The position numbers were made by a program, and so were the translations under genes. The notes under the pieces are model-generated. The model was not told the origin of the DNA, searched no databases, and was given only the letters and a program-made list of their open reading frames with translations. Source: an uncultured Ignavibacteriaceae bacterium (GTDB taxonomy: Bacteria; Bacteroidota; Ignavibacteria; Ignavibacteriales; Ignavibacteriaceae). From it: a stretch of 64,000 bases of DNA. This document shows, one piece after another, positions 1 through 11,557 of this stretch. The number at the start of each line of letters is the position of its first letter. Position 1 is the first letter of the stretch. The DNA lies in NCBI GenBank assembly GCA_963790385.1, contig CAWBOG010000004.1, positions 11,945 to 75,944 on the forward strand, in the 5' to 3' direction.

Positions 1-222
1 TGCAATCGCAGGGACACTCACTAAAACTATACCAACTGCAAACATTATTATAGAAAGATAAATTATTACCCAATAAGTAAAAGAAAGTTTCAGACGAAGT
101 TTTCCTAGTTCCTCGTTGCCATCCGTCATCATAGATTTAAGAAATTCTACTATAAAATCATTAGCTTTTTTTCGTTCTGCTTCGGTGAGTAACTTTTCCT
201 TTGCGGTTGTTTCGTCAGCCAT
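1..222 (-). CDS. small membrane protein, N-terminal part only (gene runs off the left edge)
   Basis: Reverse strand has ATG at 222..220 with AAGGAG 8 nt upstream. It stays open to position 1 (74 codons, MADETTAKEKLLTEAERKK...VGIVLVSVPAIA) and ends in a hydrophobic helix. It is absent from the ORF track because no stop lies in the window. Confidence 0.4.
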   Translation of the reverse strand, partial: MADETTAKEKLLTEAERKKANDFIVEFLKSMMTDGNEELGKLRLKLSFTYWVIIYLSIIMFAVGIVLVSVPAIA

Positions 223-357
223 CTGAATATCTCCTTAATTCTGTATCCAATTTGCGTGTGGATAATTGAAATTGCTTTGTTATTCTATTTACAAAATTAA
301 CCCGATTAAAAAAATATTATCGTGCATTTTTAACCTGCACTTACTTAAATTATCAGT

Positions 358-3300
358 ATGAAATTAAGGCGATTTTATCAATTCATTTTAGTATTGTTAT
401 TCTTTGATTTAGCTTCTCCCGTGATATTTCCACAAGAAGTTAAACTTTCTGGTTTACCGATAATTAGAAACTATCCTCCTTCAGTTCATGGCGGAACTCC
501 GCAAAACTGGGCGATTGTACAAGATCAAAGAGGGATTATGTACTTTGCCAATACTGGTGGGTTGCTTGAATATGATGGTTCTTCATGGAGAATAATTGAA
601 ATAGAAAATGAAGTTGCCAGAACAGTTGCAATTGATAGCAATGGAACTATTTTTGTTGGCGGAGTAGATCAGTTCGGATTGCTTGAGCCAGATCAATACG
701 GAAAATTAAAATACAGATCTTTAATTAATTATTTGCCAATTGAGTCAAGAAATTTCGGTGATATCTGGACGATCTGGCCTATCAAAGATGGTGTTTATTT
801 TCAGAGCACTTCACACATTTTCTTTTTTAAAAATTCAATTCTCTATTCATCATCTGGCGAAACTGATATCGTAAAGATTTGGGAAACCAATTCGATATTC
901 AGTCCTGCATTTTTTGTTAATGATCGATATTTTGTTTCTGAGATGCAAACCGGATTATGTGAAATAACTGATGGCTCGATTAAATTGGTCAACGATGGTG
1001 AGCGTTTTAAAAATTTAACAATCTATTCAATGCTTCCTTTTATAGAAGGATCAAATAGTAAAAAAAAGATTTTGATCGGAACGGAAAATGGATTCTTTCT
1101 CTATGATAGCTCTGGTATTTCAGTATTTAAAACTGAAGCTGATAATTACATAATTAATAATCAGCTTTATTTTCGAGGTGCAATTCTCAGAGATGGTTCT
1201 TATGCTTTCGGAACTCAGAATGGCGGACTAGTGATGCTCGATAAACGTGGTAAGTTGCTTAAGATTATAAATAAAACAACCGGATTAAATGATAACACTG
1301 TTTGGTTTGTTTATCCGAGTTTAACCGGTGAGTTATGGTTGGGTTTGAACAATGGCGTTGCAAGAATTAATTATCCAACGTCTTTAACAATACTGGATTC
1401 ACACTTTGGATTAGACGGAACTCTATATGCAGTGAACGAACATCGTGGCAAAATTTATGTGACTTCAGCAAATGGTGTTTATTTTGCAAATAAAACTGAG
1501 GATGCAGATTACAAGTCTACTTTTAAAAAAATAGATGGCATTAACTCTGAATCATGGCAAATACTTGACCTGGGAGATTTCCAATTTGTTGCAACAACTA
1601 ATGGTGTTTATAAAATAACCGGCACCAGAGCTGATCAAATCAAATCTTCGTGGAGATTTGCATATTCATTTTGCAGGTCAGAAGTTGATAAAAATATTAT
1701 TTATGTCGGATTGCATGATGGTCTTGCTGTTTTACAATTGGTGAATGGCGAATGGACAGACGGAGGCAAAATTCCAGGAATTTCGGAAATAGTTTATTAT
1801 ATCGTTGAAGCAAATGATGGCACCATTTGGCTTTCTACATTGAATAGAGGATTAATAAAAGTTATTCCAAATAAAAGTGGTCAAAATTCATCTTACGGCA
1901 TCTCTCGGTATGGAAAGGATCAGGGAATTTCTGATAAAGGATTAATTCCGCTGAAACAAAAAGAAAACATTCTTTTCGGAAATTCAAATGGTTTCCTGCT
2001 TTACAATAGGAATAAAAATACATTCGAACATGAAAATATTTTCGGCGACCATTTTACTATCGGTTATAGAATTGAAGATGTTAAAAAGGATATTGATGGA
2101 AATATCTGGATACTCGGAGGAAAGGATATAAATATTGAAATTTCTAAAATTATTTTTTTGGAGGAAGGTAAAACGAAGCGAGAATCATTCCCGATATTAA
2201 ATACAATTCTTGAAAACGATTTTTATTTTGTTCCTTACCGGATGTACCCTGATAAATATTCCTCAAATATATTATGGATAACCTCGGCTGATAAACTTTA
2301 TAGATTTGATGTTACGTCCTTCAACCAGAATGTCAACAAAGTAGTTTACAATGCACTTATCAGAGAAGTTAAAGCTGGAGGTGACTCTATCATTTACTAT
2401 GGTGGGTTTCAGCACAAAATGAACGATGATGAAATGGAATGGGAATTAGCTTCGAATTTAACATCAATTAACTTTGACTTTTCAGTTTCTTCATATATAA
2501 ATGAAGCAACACACAGATATCAGTACTATTTGGAGGATTTTGATGAAGGATGGTCGGATTGGACAAAAGATACCCGAAAAGAGTATACAAATCTTCCGCC
2601 AGGCAGTTTTGTTTTTCATGTTAGAGCCACGAATGCATTAGACGAATTAAGTAATGAAGCTTCATTCAGTTTTTATATTCCGACACCCTGGTATACATCA
2701 AGATGGGCATTGCTACTTTATACAATAATTTTTCTTTTTACTATATGGATGTTTATAAATTTTCGTTTGAAATTTCTTGAAAAGAAAACCATTGCACTGG
2801 AGGCCATAGTAAACGAAAGAACACGACTAGTCAGAGAACAAAAAGAAACACTTGAAGAGCAAGCAAAAAAATTAGTTGAGCTTGATCGATTAAAAACGAA
2901 TTTCTTCACAAATATCTCTCACGAATTTAGAACTCCACTAACGTTAGTAATGGGTCAAATAGAAAATATTCTTGACTCAACTGCTGAAGAAAAAGTCAAG
3001 ACAAAACTAAAGATGGCACTTTCAAATTCTAAAAGACTTCATTCACTAATCAATCAATTGCTTGAACTTTCACGGCTTGAAGCTGGTGAAATCAGACTCA
3101 AAGTTGCAAATGTTGAATTAATCAGCTTTCTCAAAAAAGTTTTCTCAGCGTTTGAATCTTATGCTGAAAGAAAAAATGTAAAATTGGAATTTAAATCCGA
3201 TCCGAAGACTCTTTACCTTTATTTTGATCGCGAGAAGCTGGAAGAGATTTTTAATAATTTGATTTCTAACGCAATAAAATTTACACCTGAAGGTGGATTA

Positions 3301-4455
3301 ATCTTGTTTAGAATTGTTGAAATAATGAATGATAATACGATAGAATTAACTGTTGAAGATTCAGGTGTTGGCATTAGTCAGGAAGCTTTGCCACACATAT
3401 TTGATCGCTTTTACCAGGCAGATAGTTCACAAACGAGAGAGTATGAAGGTACGGGAATCGGTTTAGCAATAGTAAAGGAACTTGTTGATCTTCATCAGGG
3501 AGAAATAAAGGTAGCAAGTATCACTGGTAAAGGAACTACGTTCAAAATTTATTTAAAGAAAGGCTCAACTCATTTTTTAAACAAATCATTTGTGGAAATT
3601 ATTGACAGATTAGAAAATCCAGTGGAGGAAACTCAGACTTTAACGACTTTTCAAAGCGATAAAGAAACTTTTACGGATGAGAATGAAGATATTGGAATAA
3701 AGGATAAAGATGTTGTTCTTGTTGTTGAAGATAATACTGAAATGCGTTTGTATATCCAGGAACAGTTAAATGAAAATTTTAATATTCTGTTAGCGAAAAA
3801 TGGGGAAGAAGGAGTTAAAAAAGCTTTCGAAAATATTCCCGATCTAATTATTACAGATGTAATGATGCCAATAATGAACGGATTTGATTTGACATTAAAA
3901 ATTAAAAATGATCGCAGAACCAGTCACATACCAATAATTATGTTAACAGCAAAAGCTGATGAAGAAAGTAAATTGAAAGGACTTGATTTAGGAGTGGATG
4001 ATTATCTTGTGAAGCCATTCAGCAGGAAAGAGCTTTATGCAAGAGTTGGAAATCTGATAAAGCTTAGATCACTTCTAAAGGAAAGATACAAAGAAGTTAG
4101 CGCTATTAGTCTGGATACGATTGAAGCAAAACCGCTTGATCAAGAATTTCTGGAAAAAGTGTTTACCATTATTAAATCACATCTTGAAGATCCACAATTC
4201 GGCGTAACATATCTTGCAAGTGAAATTGGCTTAAGTGTATCTCAGCTCAATAGAAAATTAAATGCACTAATTAATCAATCAGCAGGTAAATTGATAAGAG
4301 CTACCAGACTGGATTATGCGGCTCAATTATTGGAAAGCGGAGCTGGAAATATTTCAGAAATAGCCTATCGTATTGGGTTTAGTGATGTTCCTGGTTTTTC
4401 GCATAGTTTCAAAGAAAAATTTGGATACCCACCAAGTGAGCATTTAAAATCATAA
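358..4455 (+). CDS. hybrid two-component system protein (beta-propeller/Y_Y_Y periplasmic sensor, HisKA, HATPase, REC, AraC-type HTH)
   Basis: Intact 1365-aa ORF with N-terminal signal/TM and a second TM (WALLLYTIIFLFTIWMFINF). H-box FFTNISHEFRTPLT, N-box NLISNAIKFT, G-boxes DSGVGI and GTGIGLAIV. Receiver domain (VLVVEDN...DVMMP...LTAK) and C-terminal AraC HTH. Confidence 0.9.
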   Translation: MKLRRFYQFILVLLFFDLASPVIFPQEVKLSGLPIIRNYPPSVHGGTPQNWAIVQDQRGIMYFANTGGLLEYDGSSWRIIEIENEVARTVAIDSNGTIFVGGVDQFGLLEPDQYGKLKYRSLINYLPIESRNFGDIWTIWPIKDGVYFQSTSHIFFFKNSILYSSSGETDIVKIWETNSIFSPAFFVNDRYFVSEMQTGLCEITDGSIKLVNDGERFKNLTIYSMLPFIEGSNSKKKILIGTENGFFLYDSSGISVFKTEADNYIINNQLYFRGAILRDGSYAFGTQNGGLVMLDKRGKLLKIINKTTGLNDNTVWFVYPSLTGELWLGLNNGVARINYPTSLTILDSHFGLDGTLYAVNEHRGKIYVTSANGVYFANKTEDADYKSTFKKIDGINSESWQILDLGDFQFVATTNGVYKITGTRADQIKSSWRFAYSFCRSEVDKNIIYVGLHDGLAVLQLVNGEWTDGGKIPGISEIVYYIVEANDGTIWLSTLNRGLIKVIPNKSGQNSSYGISRYGKDQGISDKGLIPLKQKENILFGNSNGFLLYNRNKNTFEHENIFGDHFTIGYRIEDVKKDIDGNIWILGGKDINIEISKIIFLEEGKTKRESFPILNTILENDFYFVPYRMYPDKYSSNILWITSADKLYRFDVTSFNQNVNKVVYNALIREVKAGGDSIIYYGGFQHKMNDDEMEWELASNLTSINFDFSVSSYINEATHRYQYYLEDFDEGWSDWTKDTRKEYTNLPPGSFVFHVRATNALDELSNEASFSFYIPTPWYTSRWALLLYTIIFLFTIWMFINFRLKFLEKKTIALEAIVNERTRLVREQKETLEEQAKKLVELDRLKTNFFTNISHEFRTPLTLVMGQIENILDSTAEEKVKTKLKMALSNSKRLHSLINQLLELSRLEAGEIRLKVANVELISFLKKVFSAFESYAERKNVKLEFKSDPKTLYLYFDREKLEEIFNNLISNAIKFTPEGGLILFRIVEIMNDNTIELTVEDSGVGISQEALPHIFDRFYQADSSQTREYEGTGIGLAIVKELVDLHQGEIKVASITGKGTTFKIYLKKGSTHFLNKSFVEIIDRLENPVEETQTLTTFQSDKETFTDENEDIGIKDKDVVLVVEDNTEMRLYIQEQLNENFNILLAKNGEEGVKKAFENIPDLIITDVMMPIMNGFDLTLKIKNDRRTSHIPIIMLTAKADEESKLKGLDLGVDDYLVKPFSRKELYARVGNLIKLRSLLKERYKEVSAISLDTIEAKPLDQEFLEKVFTIIKSHLEDPQFGVTYLASEIGLSVSQLNRKLNALINQSAGKLIRATRLDYAAQLLESGAGNISEIAYRIGFSDVPGFSHSFKEKFGYPPSEHLKS

Positions 4456-4611
4456 AATAAGCCTGCTAAGATTCCTGCTGAAAAAATCCCTCATTTTTGA
4501 AGCATCTGCTCAATAATCACAAATCATTGCTCAGAAATCGTAACACAAAAAGGCAAATGAGAAATTAGCTTTGCAGCGTAAAATTTAAGTTAAAAGTTTA
4601 AGGAGTTTATC

Positions 4612-6219
4612 GTGCAAAAGTTTTTTACTTTTTCAATTCTATTCTTAGAATATTCAATTCTTATCTACTCTCAAAGTACTCCTGAATTCATTGATTTGGG
4701 CCTCGGTGGAGCTGCAAAAATCTCAAATAATGGTATTTATGTTGTTGGAAATAACTATCCGGCTCCAGCTTGGATATGGTCTGAATCCGAAGGGCGCACT
4801 AATCTTAACGTGTTTAACTATAGCGAAGCTTTTGGTGTCTCAGATAATGGAATTGTTGCAGGGTCATTCATAGATTCAAATTTAATTGCACCAAATGGAA
4901 ATCCAACACTTCGTGCAGGAATTAATCAAAATGGTGTGTGGGATTCGCTACCCGGATATCCCGGTTATCCTGTTCTCGATGAAATGTCTTACAATTATGG
5001 CTATGGAATTAGTGCAGATGGATCTATAGTGGTGGGAATGCATTGGCTTCCTACCTGGAAAGCTGAAGCTTGTTATTGGGATGTATCAGGAATTCATATG
5101 CTGGGAAGAACTGGTGGTGGTAGCAGCAGAGCGAATGATGTGGCTACAAATGGCAATGGATTTAGGATTGTTGGTTGGGATGGTGAAGCTGGCGGACCTG
5201 GCAGACGTGCATTTTATTGGGATCCTGTACCGCATTTTATGGGAGGGTATGATTCAACTTATCTGGATGGACAATGTGAAGGTTTGAATTCAGATGGAAG
5301 TAAAATAGTCGGCGGTTCTGTTGGTGCTCCGTTTGTGTGGAGTCAGGCAACCGGAATGGAATGGATTACACTCGATTATCTAAATTTTGCAAGCTATGCT
5401 AAGGACATTTCTGATAATGATATAATAGTAGGTTATGTAAGTATTGGTGTGGAAACTTTAATGCTTTCATCAAAAGACCTGAGTGGGATGATATATGTTC
5501 CTGAAGGATTATATGATAGATAGCTTGGAATTATAGGGATTTCTAATTGGTATTTTCCTTTCGCTAATTCTATATCGGCTGACGGTTTATCGATTGTTGG
5601 AACCGCCTATCCGCTTTCTGGAGGTCCGAATGCTTACTTGTTGAAATTGCCGGACACGGTGCCGGTTGAGTTGACTTCGTTTACTGCAAATTATTTTGGA
5701 AAATCAGTTGAGTTAAATTGGAGTACAGCCACCGAAACAAATAATAAAGGATTTTCAATTGAAAGAAAAACGAAAAACAATGATTGGACAGAAATAGGTT
5801 TTGTTAGTGGAAGAGGAACAACAACTGAACAAAGCTATTATGAGTTTGCCGATGATAATGTTTCGCCAAACACTTACTCATATCGTCTTAAGCAAATTGA
5901 TTTTGATGGCAGTTTTGAATACTCAACTATTGTAGAAATTGATGTTACATCTGTGTCCGAGTTTTCATTAAGCCAGAACTATCCCAATCCATTTAACCCA
6001 TCAACAACTATAGAATTCAATATTCCTGAACAAGGATTAGTTAATTTAAGTATTTTTAATATGCTTGGTGAAAAGGTTGGAACAATTGTAAATGAAGTAC
6101 TTTCCTCTGGAAATCATAAAATAGAATTTAATGCTTCACATCTTGCAAGTGGAATCTATCTTGTGAAAATGAGCTCTGGTTCGTTTTCAAAAGTTATAAA
6201 AATAAATCTTTTAAAGTAG
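4612..6219 (+). pseudogene. HAF-repeat-like secreted protein with T9SS C-terminal sorting domain; disrupted paralog of 6257..7855
   Basis: ORFs 4612..5523 and 5638..6219 are collinear with 6257..7855 (RAFYWDPxPHFMGG, NWYFPFA, VPVELxxFTAN, NYPNPFNPST). Between ~5450 and ~5530 the homologous residues (GNFNAFIKRPEWDDI, YMFLKDYMIDSL, LGIIGISNWYFPF) sit in three different frames, and a TAG lies at 5521. GTG start with AAGGAG RBS; signal peptide present. Confidence 0.7.
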
Positions 6220-6256
6220 TTAAATAATTAGTGCGTTTATTAAGGAGAAAATTTCA

Positions 6257-7855
6257 ATGAAAAAATTATTAACTCTACTATTTTGTTTTTCCGTTAACAT
6301 GTTTGCTCAATCAAATTCTGAATTAATTGACATTGGTGAGGGCGGAGTAAGCGGAATTTCAAATAGTGGTGAATTTGTTTGTGGGAGTAATTACCCCAAT
6401 CCTGCGTTTTTATGGTCTGAAGCAACAGGAAGAATTGAACTCGGAAGTTTAGTGGGTGAAGCGTTCAGCGTATCAAATAATGGTATAGTAGTAGGAAGGT
6501 TTCCTGATTCAACACTTTTAATCGGCGGTTCGCCTGTTGTTCGTGCTGGTTACTTTACTAATAATCAATGGTATAGTTTCGAAGGTATGCCTGGGGTTCC
6601 GCCACTTGATGCAATGTCCTTTACACACAGTTATGGAATTAATAGTGAAGGCAATAAAGCGGTTGGAATGGTTTGGCATCCTAACTGGAGAGTTGAAGCT
6701 TGCTACTGGTCAATCCCCGATACTGGTATAGGTTTATTGGGACAAACGGGTGCTTCGAATAGTCGTGCTAATGCAATTTCTAACGACGGTTCAATTATAG
6801 CTGGTTGGGATGGAATTGAAAACGGACCAGATAGAAGAGCATTTTATTGGGACCCAGCGCCACATTTTATGGGAGGTTTTGACCCAACTTATCTAGTTGG
6901 TGAATCACGTGGAATGAATTCAGATGGAAGTGTAATTGTCGGTGGATCAGTATGGCCTTTTGTATGGACAGAATCAACAGGTATGCAGCAAGTAGTTGCT
7001 GATACATCTCAGTATTGGAATGGTGATGCGATAGGAATTTCTGATGATGGAATAATTGTAGGATTTGTTGATCCGGGAGGTTTTAACTATCAGGCATTTA
7101 TTAAAAAACCAGGATGGACTGATATAAAGTATTTAAAAGATTTCATCATAGATAGTCTGGGAATTTCAGGATATCAAAACTGGTATTTTCCATTTGCACA
7201 AGGTATTTCAGCAGATGGAAATCGAATTGGAATTACGGCTTATCCCCCGGGTTCCGGCACTGCCCATGCACTTATCTTAACAATTGACACAACTGTACCT
7301 GTAGAATTATCAAACTTTACAGCAAATGTATCTTTTCAAACTGTTGAGCTTACCTGGTCAACAGCAACCGAAACGAATAACTCCGGATTTGAAGTTCAAA
7401 GAAAAAGTAATAAAAATGATTGGGAAGTTCTCGGATTTGTACCGGGTAGAGGAACGACCACTGAATTATCAAGTTATCGTTTTGTGGATGCTGTTAAGTT
7501 AGCAGGAAATTTTTTATACAGATTAAAACAAATTGATTTTGATGGCAGTTTTGAATATTCAGATGAAATTTTTGTTGAGGTCTCATTACCAGTAGAATTT
7601 AATCTTGCACAGAATTATCCAAACCCGTTTAATCCTTCAACGATAATTTCATTTTCTGTGCCTCAAATCTCGAATGTTACATTATCAGTCTTCAATATAA
7701 TCGGCGAAAAGGTAGCCACTCTTGTAAATGAAATGAAGGATGCAGGAACTCATCAGGTAGAATTTAATGCGACCAACCTTACGAGTGGAATTTACATTTA
7801 CAAATTAGAAGCAGGCAGCTTCAATAGCGTAAAGAAAATGATGCTTGTAAAGTAA
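6257..7855 (+). CDS. secreted HAF-repeat-like protein with Fn3-like domain and T9SS C-terminal sorting domain
   Basis: Intact 532-aa ORF with GGAGAA RBS and a signal peptide. Repeated G(I/V)SxxGxx(I/V)VG motifs. VPVELSNFTAN...YRLKQIDFDGSFEYS module followed by the QNYPNPFNPST...KKMMLVK tail. Confidence 0.8.
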   Translation: MKKLLTLLFCFSVNMFAQSNSELIDIGEGGVSGISNSGEFVCGSNYPNPAFLWSEATGRIELGSLVGEAFSVSNNGIVVGRFPDSTLLIGGSPVVRAGYFTNNQWYSFEGMPGVPPLDAMSFTHSYGINSEGNKAVGMVWHPNWRVEACYWSIPDTGIGLLGQTGASNSRANAISNDGSIIAGWDGIENGPDRRAFYWDPAPHFMGGFDPTYLVGESRGMNSDGSVIVGGSVWPFVWTESTGMQQVVADTSQYWNGDAIGISDDGIIVGFVDPGGFNYQAFIKKPGWTDIKYLKDFIIDSLGISGYQNWYFPFAQGISADGNRIGITAYPPGSGTAHALILTIDTTVPVELSNFTANVSFQTVELTWSTATETNNSGFEVQRKSNKNDWEVLGFVPGRGTTTELSSYRFVDAVKLAGNFLYRLKQIDFDGSFEYSDEIFVEVSLPVEFNLAQNYPNPFNPSTIISFSVPQISNVTLSVFNIIGEKVATLVNEMKDAGTHQVEFNATNLTSGIYIYKLEAGSFNSVKKMMLVK

Positions 7856-7935
7856 AAGCCCTTAAACAATGATAAAATTAGAAATCATTAAGATCGATCA
7901 TTTAAAATAATTCAAATAACTTCTTTAACAATATT

Positions 7936-10900
7936 ATGGAGTATTTAATGTTAAATAAAAATTCACTTTGGCTAGTCTTTGTGTTCGTGCTTGGCATTGG
8001 ATTCAGTAACTATGCTCAGACTGCCTATACTTTTGATGGTGCATTTTTCTCTTATGGAACAATTGACCTTACCACTGGTGCATTCACCACAATGAATTTT
8101 ACACCTCAGGGTAGTTCGTATTATCCTGCAACAGGAGATAACAATGCAACCGGTTCACAGTATGCAATAATGAGTGATTTCGCATTCCCGTCAAATTACT
8201 TTTTATGGAGTGTTGATTTTGTAGGAATGACTGGTGACAGTATTGCACCTGTAGGTCCACTTGCAAGCGGACAGAATGTACTAAAGGGAATGGCCTACAA
8301 TGTGTCACAGATACTGTGGTATGTAATAAGCGGAAATGATTTTGGAAGTGCAGCATATCTGTATACACTAGATATGTCAAACGGTGGACCTGACAGTTGT
8401 AGGACAAATTCAAAATGCAGATTTACCAGTAGGAATGGCAATAGATTGTAATGGAAACGCATATATAGTAAATGTTGAAATCGGGATATCATCAACAGCA
8501 GTATTAAACTCATTAGATCTTACAACAGCAGTAGCAACAGCAATAGGGACAGATTTAGGATTAGCAAATGTAAGCAGGATTCAGTCAGGATATGGATTTC
8601 AATCCGGACAACGGGAATTTGTATTGGTCAGGATACTGGTCAAGTGGATTTTTCAGTGAAGGCGGATCATTCAGATTAGTAGATGTAACAAACGGAACGT
8701 CGACAGAGATATCAACCTTCGGACAATTTGAAACAATTACTGGTTTCAATGTTAACGGAATTTGTCCACCACCACCACCAACTCCAGCAGAATCATATAC
8801 GTTTAATGGTGCATTCTTCTCATATGGAACAATCAATCTTACAACAGGTGCATTCACATCGATAAATTTCACACCACAGGGAAGTAGCTATTATCCACAA
8901 ACAGCAGACAATAAAGAAGTAGATGCACAATATGCAATAATGTCTGATTTCGGATTTCCAGCAACCTATTATTTATCGCACGTTAATTTCACAACATTGA
9001 CAGCAGATAGTATAGGAATAGTAGGTCCACTGGCATCAGGACAGAACGTACATAAAGGGAATGGCCTACAATGTAGTTAATGATATGTGGTATGTAGTAA
9101 GTGGAAATGATTTTGGAAGTGCAGCATATCTGTATACACTTGATATAACAACAGGTGGATTAACAGTAGTAGGACAGATACAAAATGCAGATTTACCAGT
9201 AGGAATGGCAATAGATTGTAATGGAAATGCATATATAGTAAATATTGAAATCGGTATATCAGCAACAGCAGTATTAAACTCATTAGATCTTACAACAGCA
9301 GAAGGAACAGCAATAGGGACAGATTTAGGGTTAGCAAATGTAAGCGCATTTAGTCAGGATATGGATTTCAATCCGGACAACGGGAATTTGTATTGGTCAG
9401 GTTACTGGTCAAGTGGATTTTTCAGTGAAGGCGGATCATTCAGATTAGTAGATGTAACAAACGGAACATCGACAGAGATATCAACCTTCGGACAATTTGA
9501 AACAATTACTGGTTTCAATGTTAACGGAATTTGTCCACCACCACCACCAACTCCAGCAGAATCATATACGTTTAATGGTGCATTTTTCTCATATGGAACA
9601 ATCAATCTTACAACAGGTGCATTCACCATCGATGAATTTCACACCACAGGGAAGTAGCTATTATCCAGCAAACAGCAGACAATAATAGAAGTAGATGCAC
9701 AGTATGCAATAATGTCTGATTTCGGATTTCCAGTCAACCTATTATTTATCGCACGTTAATTTCACAACATTGACAGCAGATAGTATAGGAATAGTAGGTC
9801 CACTGGCATCAGGACAGAATTACATAAAGGGAATGGCCTACAATGTAGTTAATGATACGTGGTATGTAGTAAGTGGAAATGATTTTGGAAGTGCAGCATA
9901 TCTGTATACACTTGATATAACAACAGGTGGATTAACAGTAGTAGGACAGATACAAAATGCAGATTTACCAGTAGGAATGGCAATAGATTGTAATGGAAAC
10001 GCATATATAGTAAATGTTGAAATCGGTATATCATCAACAGCAGTATTAAACTCATTAGATCTTACAACAGCAGAAGGAACAGCGATAGGGACAGATTTAG
10101 GGTTAGCCAATGTAACAGGCATTTAGTCAGGATATGGATTTCAATCCGGACAACGGGAATTTGTATTGGTCAGGTTACTGGTCAAGTGGATTCTTCAGTG
10201 AAGGCGGATCATTCAGATTAGTAGATGTAACAAACGGAACATCGACAGAGATATCAACATTCGGACAATTTGAAACCATTACTGGTTTTAATGTTAATGG
10301 AATATGCAGTCCCGCTGCAACATTTCAATTTTCAGTCAATGTAACAAACGGTTGGAATATGGTATCGGCACCGGGATTAAATACGCCAAATCAGAATGTA
10401 GGTACCTGGTGGCCAAACCTAACGGGCACAGTATGGGAATTCAACGGTACTATATACGAGGCAAGAACAGTTACCACACCAGGAGAAGGCTATTGGATGA
10501 AAAACGTAGGTGCTGAAACATACAGCTATACGGGAATAGAGATAGTAACTCACGATGCAATACCTGCAACAGCAGGCTGGAATTTGATAGGCGGATATGA
10601 GATAAGTGTAGCGACAAGCCGGATTAACAACAATCAATCCACGGGTCAGCAAACCGGAACAATCTGGGGATTTAATGGGACGATATATAAGCGGCAACTA
10701 CATTTGAACCAGGTAAAGGATATTGGGTAAAAACATTGTCAGCTTGTGATATAGTAATACCAGAAGTATTAGCAAAAGGCAGTGGAGAAGTGGTAGAGTT
10801 ATTCAAGTCAGACTGGGGCAAGATAATACTAACTGATGCAGCAGGTAAAAGTTATACACTGTATGCAGTAAAAGGAGAAGTAGATCTTGACCAGTATGAA

Positions 10901-11429
10901 ATGCCACCGGCAGTACCCGGGAGGAATGTTTGATATCAGGTTCTCAAGTGGAAGAATAGCAGAGGATATAAACAGTTCAATGCAGAGTATAGATATGAGT
11001 GGAATTACTTATCCATTGACGGTAAGTGTAGAGAATATGGATATAAGTTTGCAAGATGAATCAGGTGAAGCATTAAACGCTGAATTGAGGTCTGGTGATA
11101 GAATATCAATAGCAAATGCGTCGATTCACAAATTGTTTCTTAAATCAGGAGAAATTGCTACACCAGTTAATTACGACTTGGAACAGAATTATCCGAACCC
11201 ATTCAATCCTTCGACAACGATAAAATACTCAGTGCCGGCAGACGGCTTTGTAAATATAGCAGTTTACAACGTTCTCGGTGAAAAGATAGCTGACATAGTA
11301 AACAATATCCAGAAATCTGGTAACTATGAACTCACTTTCGATGCGAGGAATCTAGCAAGTGGAATGTATATCTATAGAATGGAATCAGGAAATTTTGTAT
11401 CAGTTAAGAAGATGATGATTCTTAAATAA
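7936..11429 (+). pseudogene. large tandem-repeat T9SS cargo protein, broken into at least 8 frame segments
   Basis: Collinear ORFs 7936..8451, 8384..8659, 8592..9080, 9061..9657, 9770..10126, 10134..10730, 10736..10933 and 10887..11429 together read as one protein. It has a signal peptide, three 257-aa repeats, a WN(M/L)(V/I)...GYW(M/V)K region, and a NYPNPFNPST tail at the end. Confidence 0.7.
8023..10306 (+). repeat. three tandem ~770-bp coding repeats (257-aa modules joined by ICPPPPPTPAES linkers)
   Basis: Unit starts (..YTF(D/N)GAFFSYGTI(D/N)LTTGAF..) lie at 8023, 8793 and 9562. Long near-identical stretches such as caaaatgcagatttaccagtaggaatggcaatagattgtaatgg recur in all three units. 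Confidence 0.85.
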
Positions 11430-11557
11430 TTTGCGCCTCCTTAAACGCAGTGGAAAGTCAACTTCATCCCCGGATGTTGGAGGCTTTCCAACTTTTTTCA
11501 CTATTCATAAGTGATGATAAATAGTTTTCGACTTGATTTATTGGAAGCTATTTTATT

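Noticed and set aside
2718-2909. Short ORFs nested in or antisense to large intact genes (e.g. 2718..2909, 4691..4873, 5081..5287, 6537..6731, 13152..13475, 48015..48527, 50127..51388, 53634..54105, 60558..60843, 61525..61890, 62399..62602, 63416..63622)
   Set aside because: All overlap long ORFs with clear domain content, and none has independent motif or RBS support. Such ORFs are typical in AT-rich DNA.
8099-10122. Minus-strand ORFs inside the repeat gene (8099..8413, 8295..8513, 8585..8872, 9077..9283, 9402..9629, 9838..10122, 9849..10055)
   Set aside because: They recur only because the plus-strand coding repeat recurs. Their products are low-complexity (L/H/Y-rich), and the plus strand carries clear protein homology between units and a sorting domain. 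They are antisense shadows.
8023-10306. Possible CRISPR array or satellite because of strong periodic repetition
   Set aside because: The period is ~770 bp, far beyond the CRISPR repeat-spacer scale. The units are coding and joined by proline linkers, and no short direct repeats with unique spacers are present anywhere in the window.
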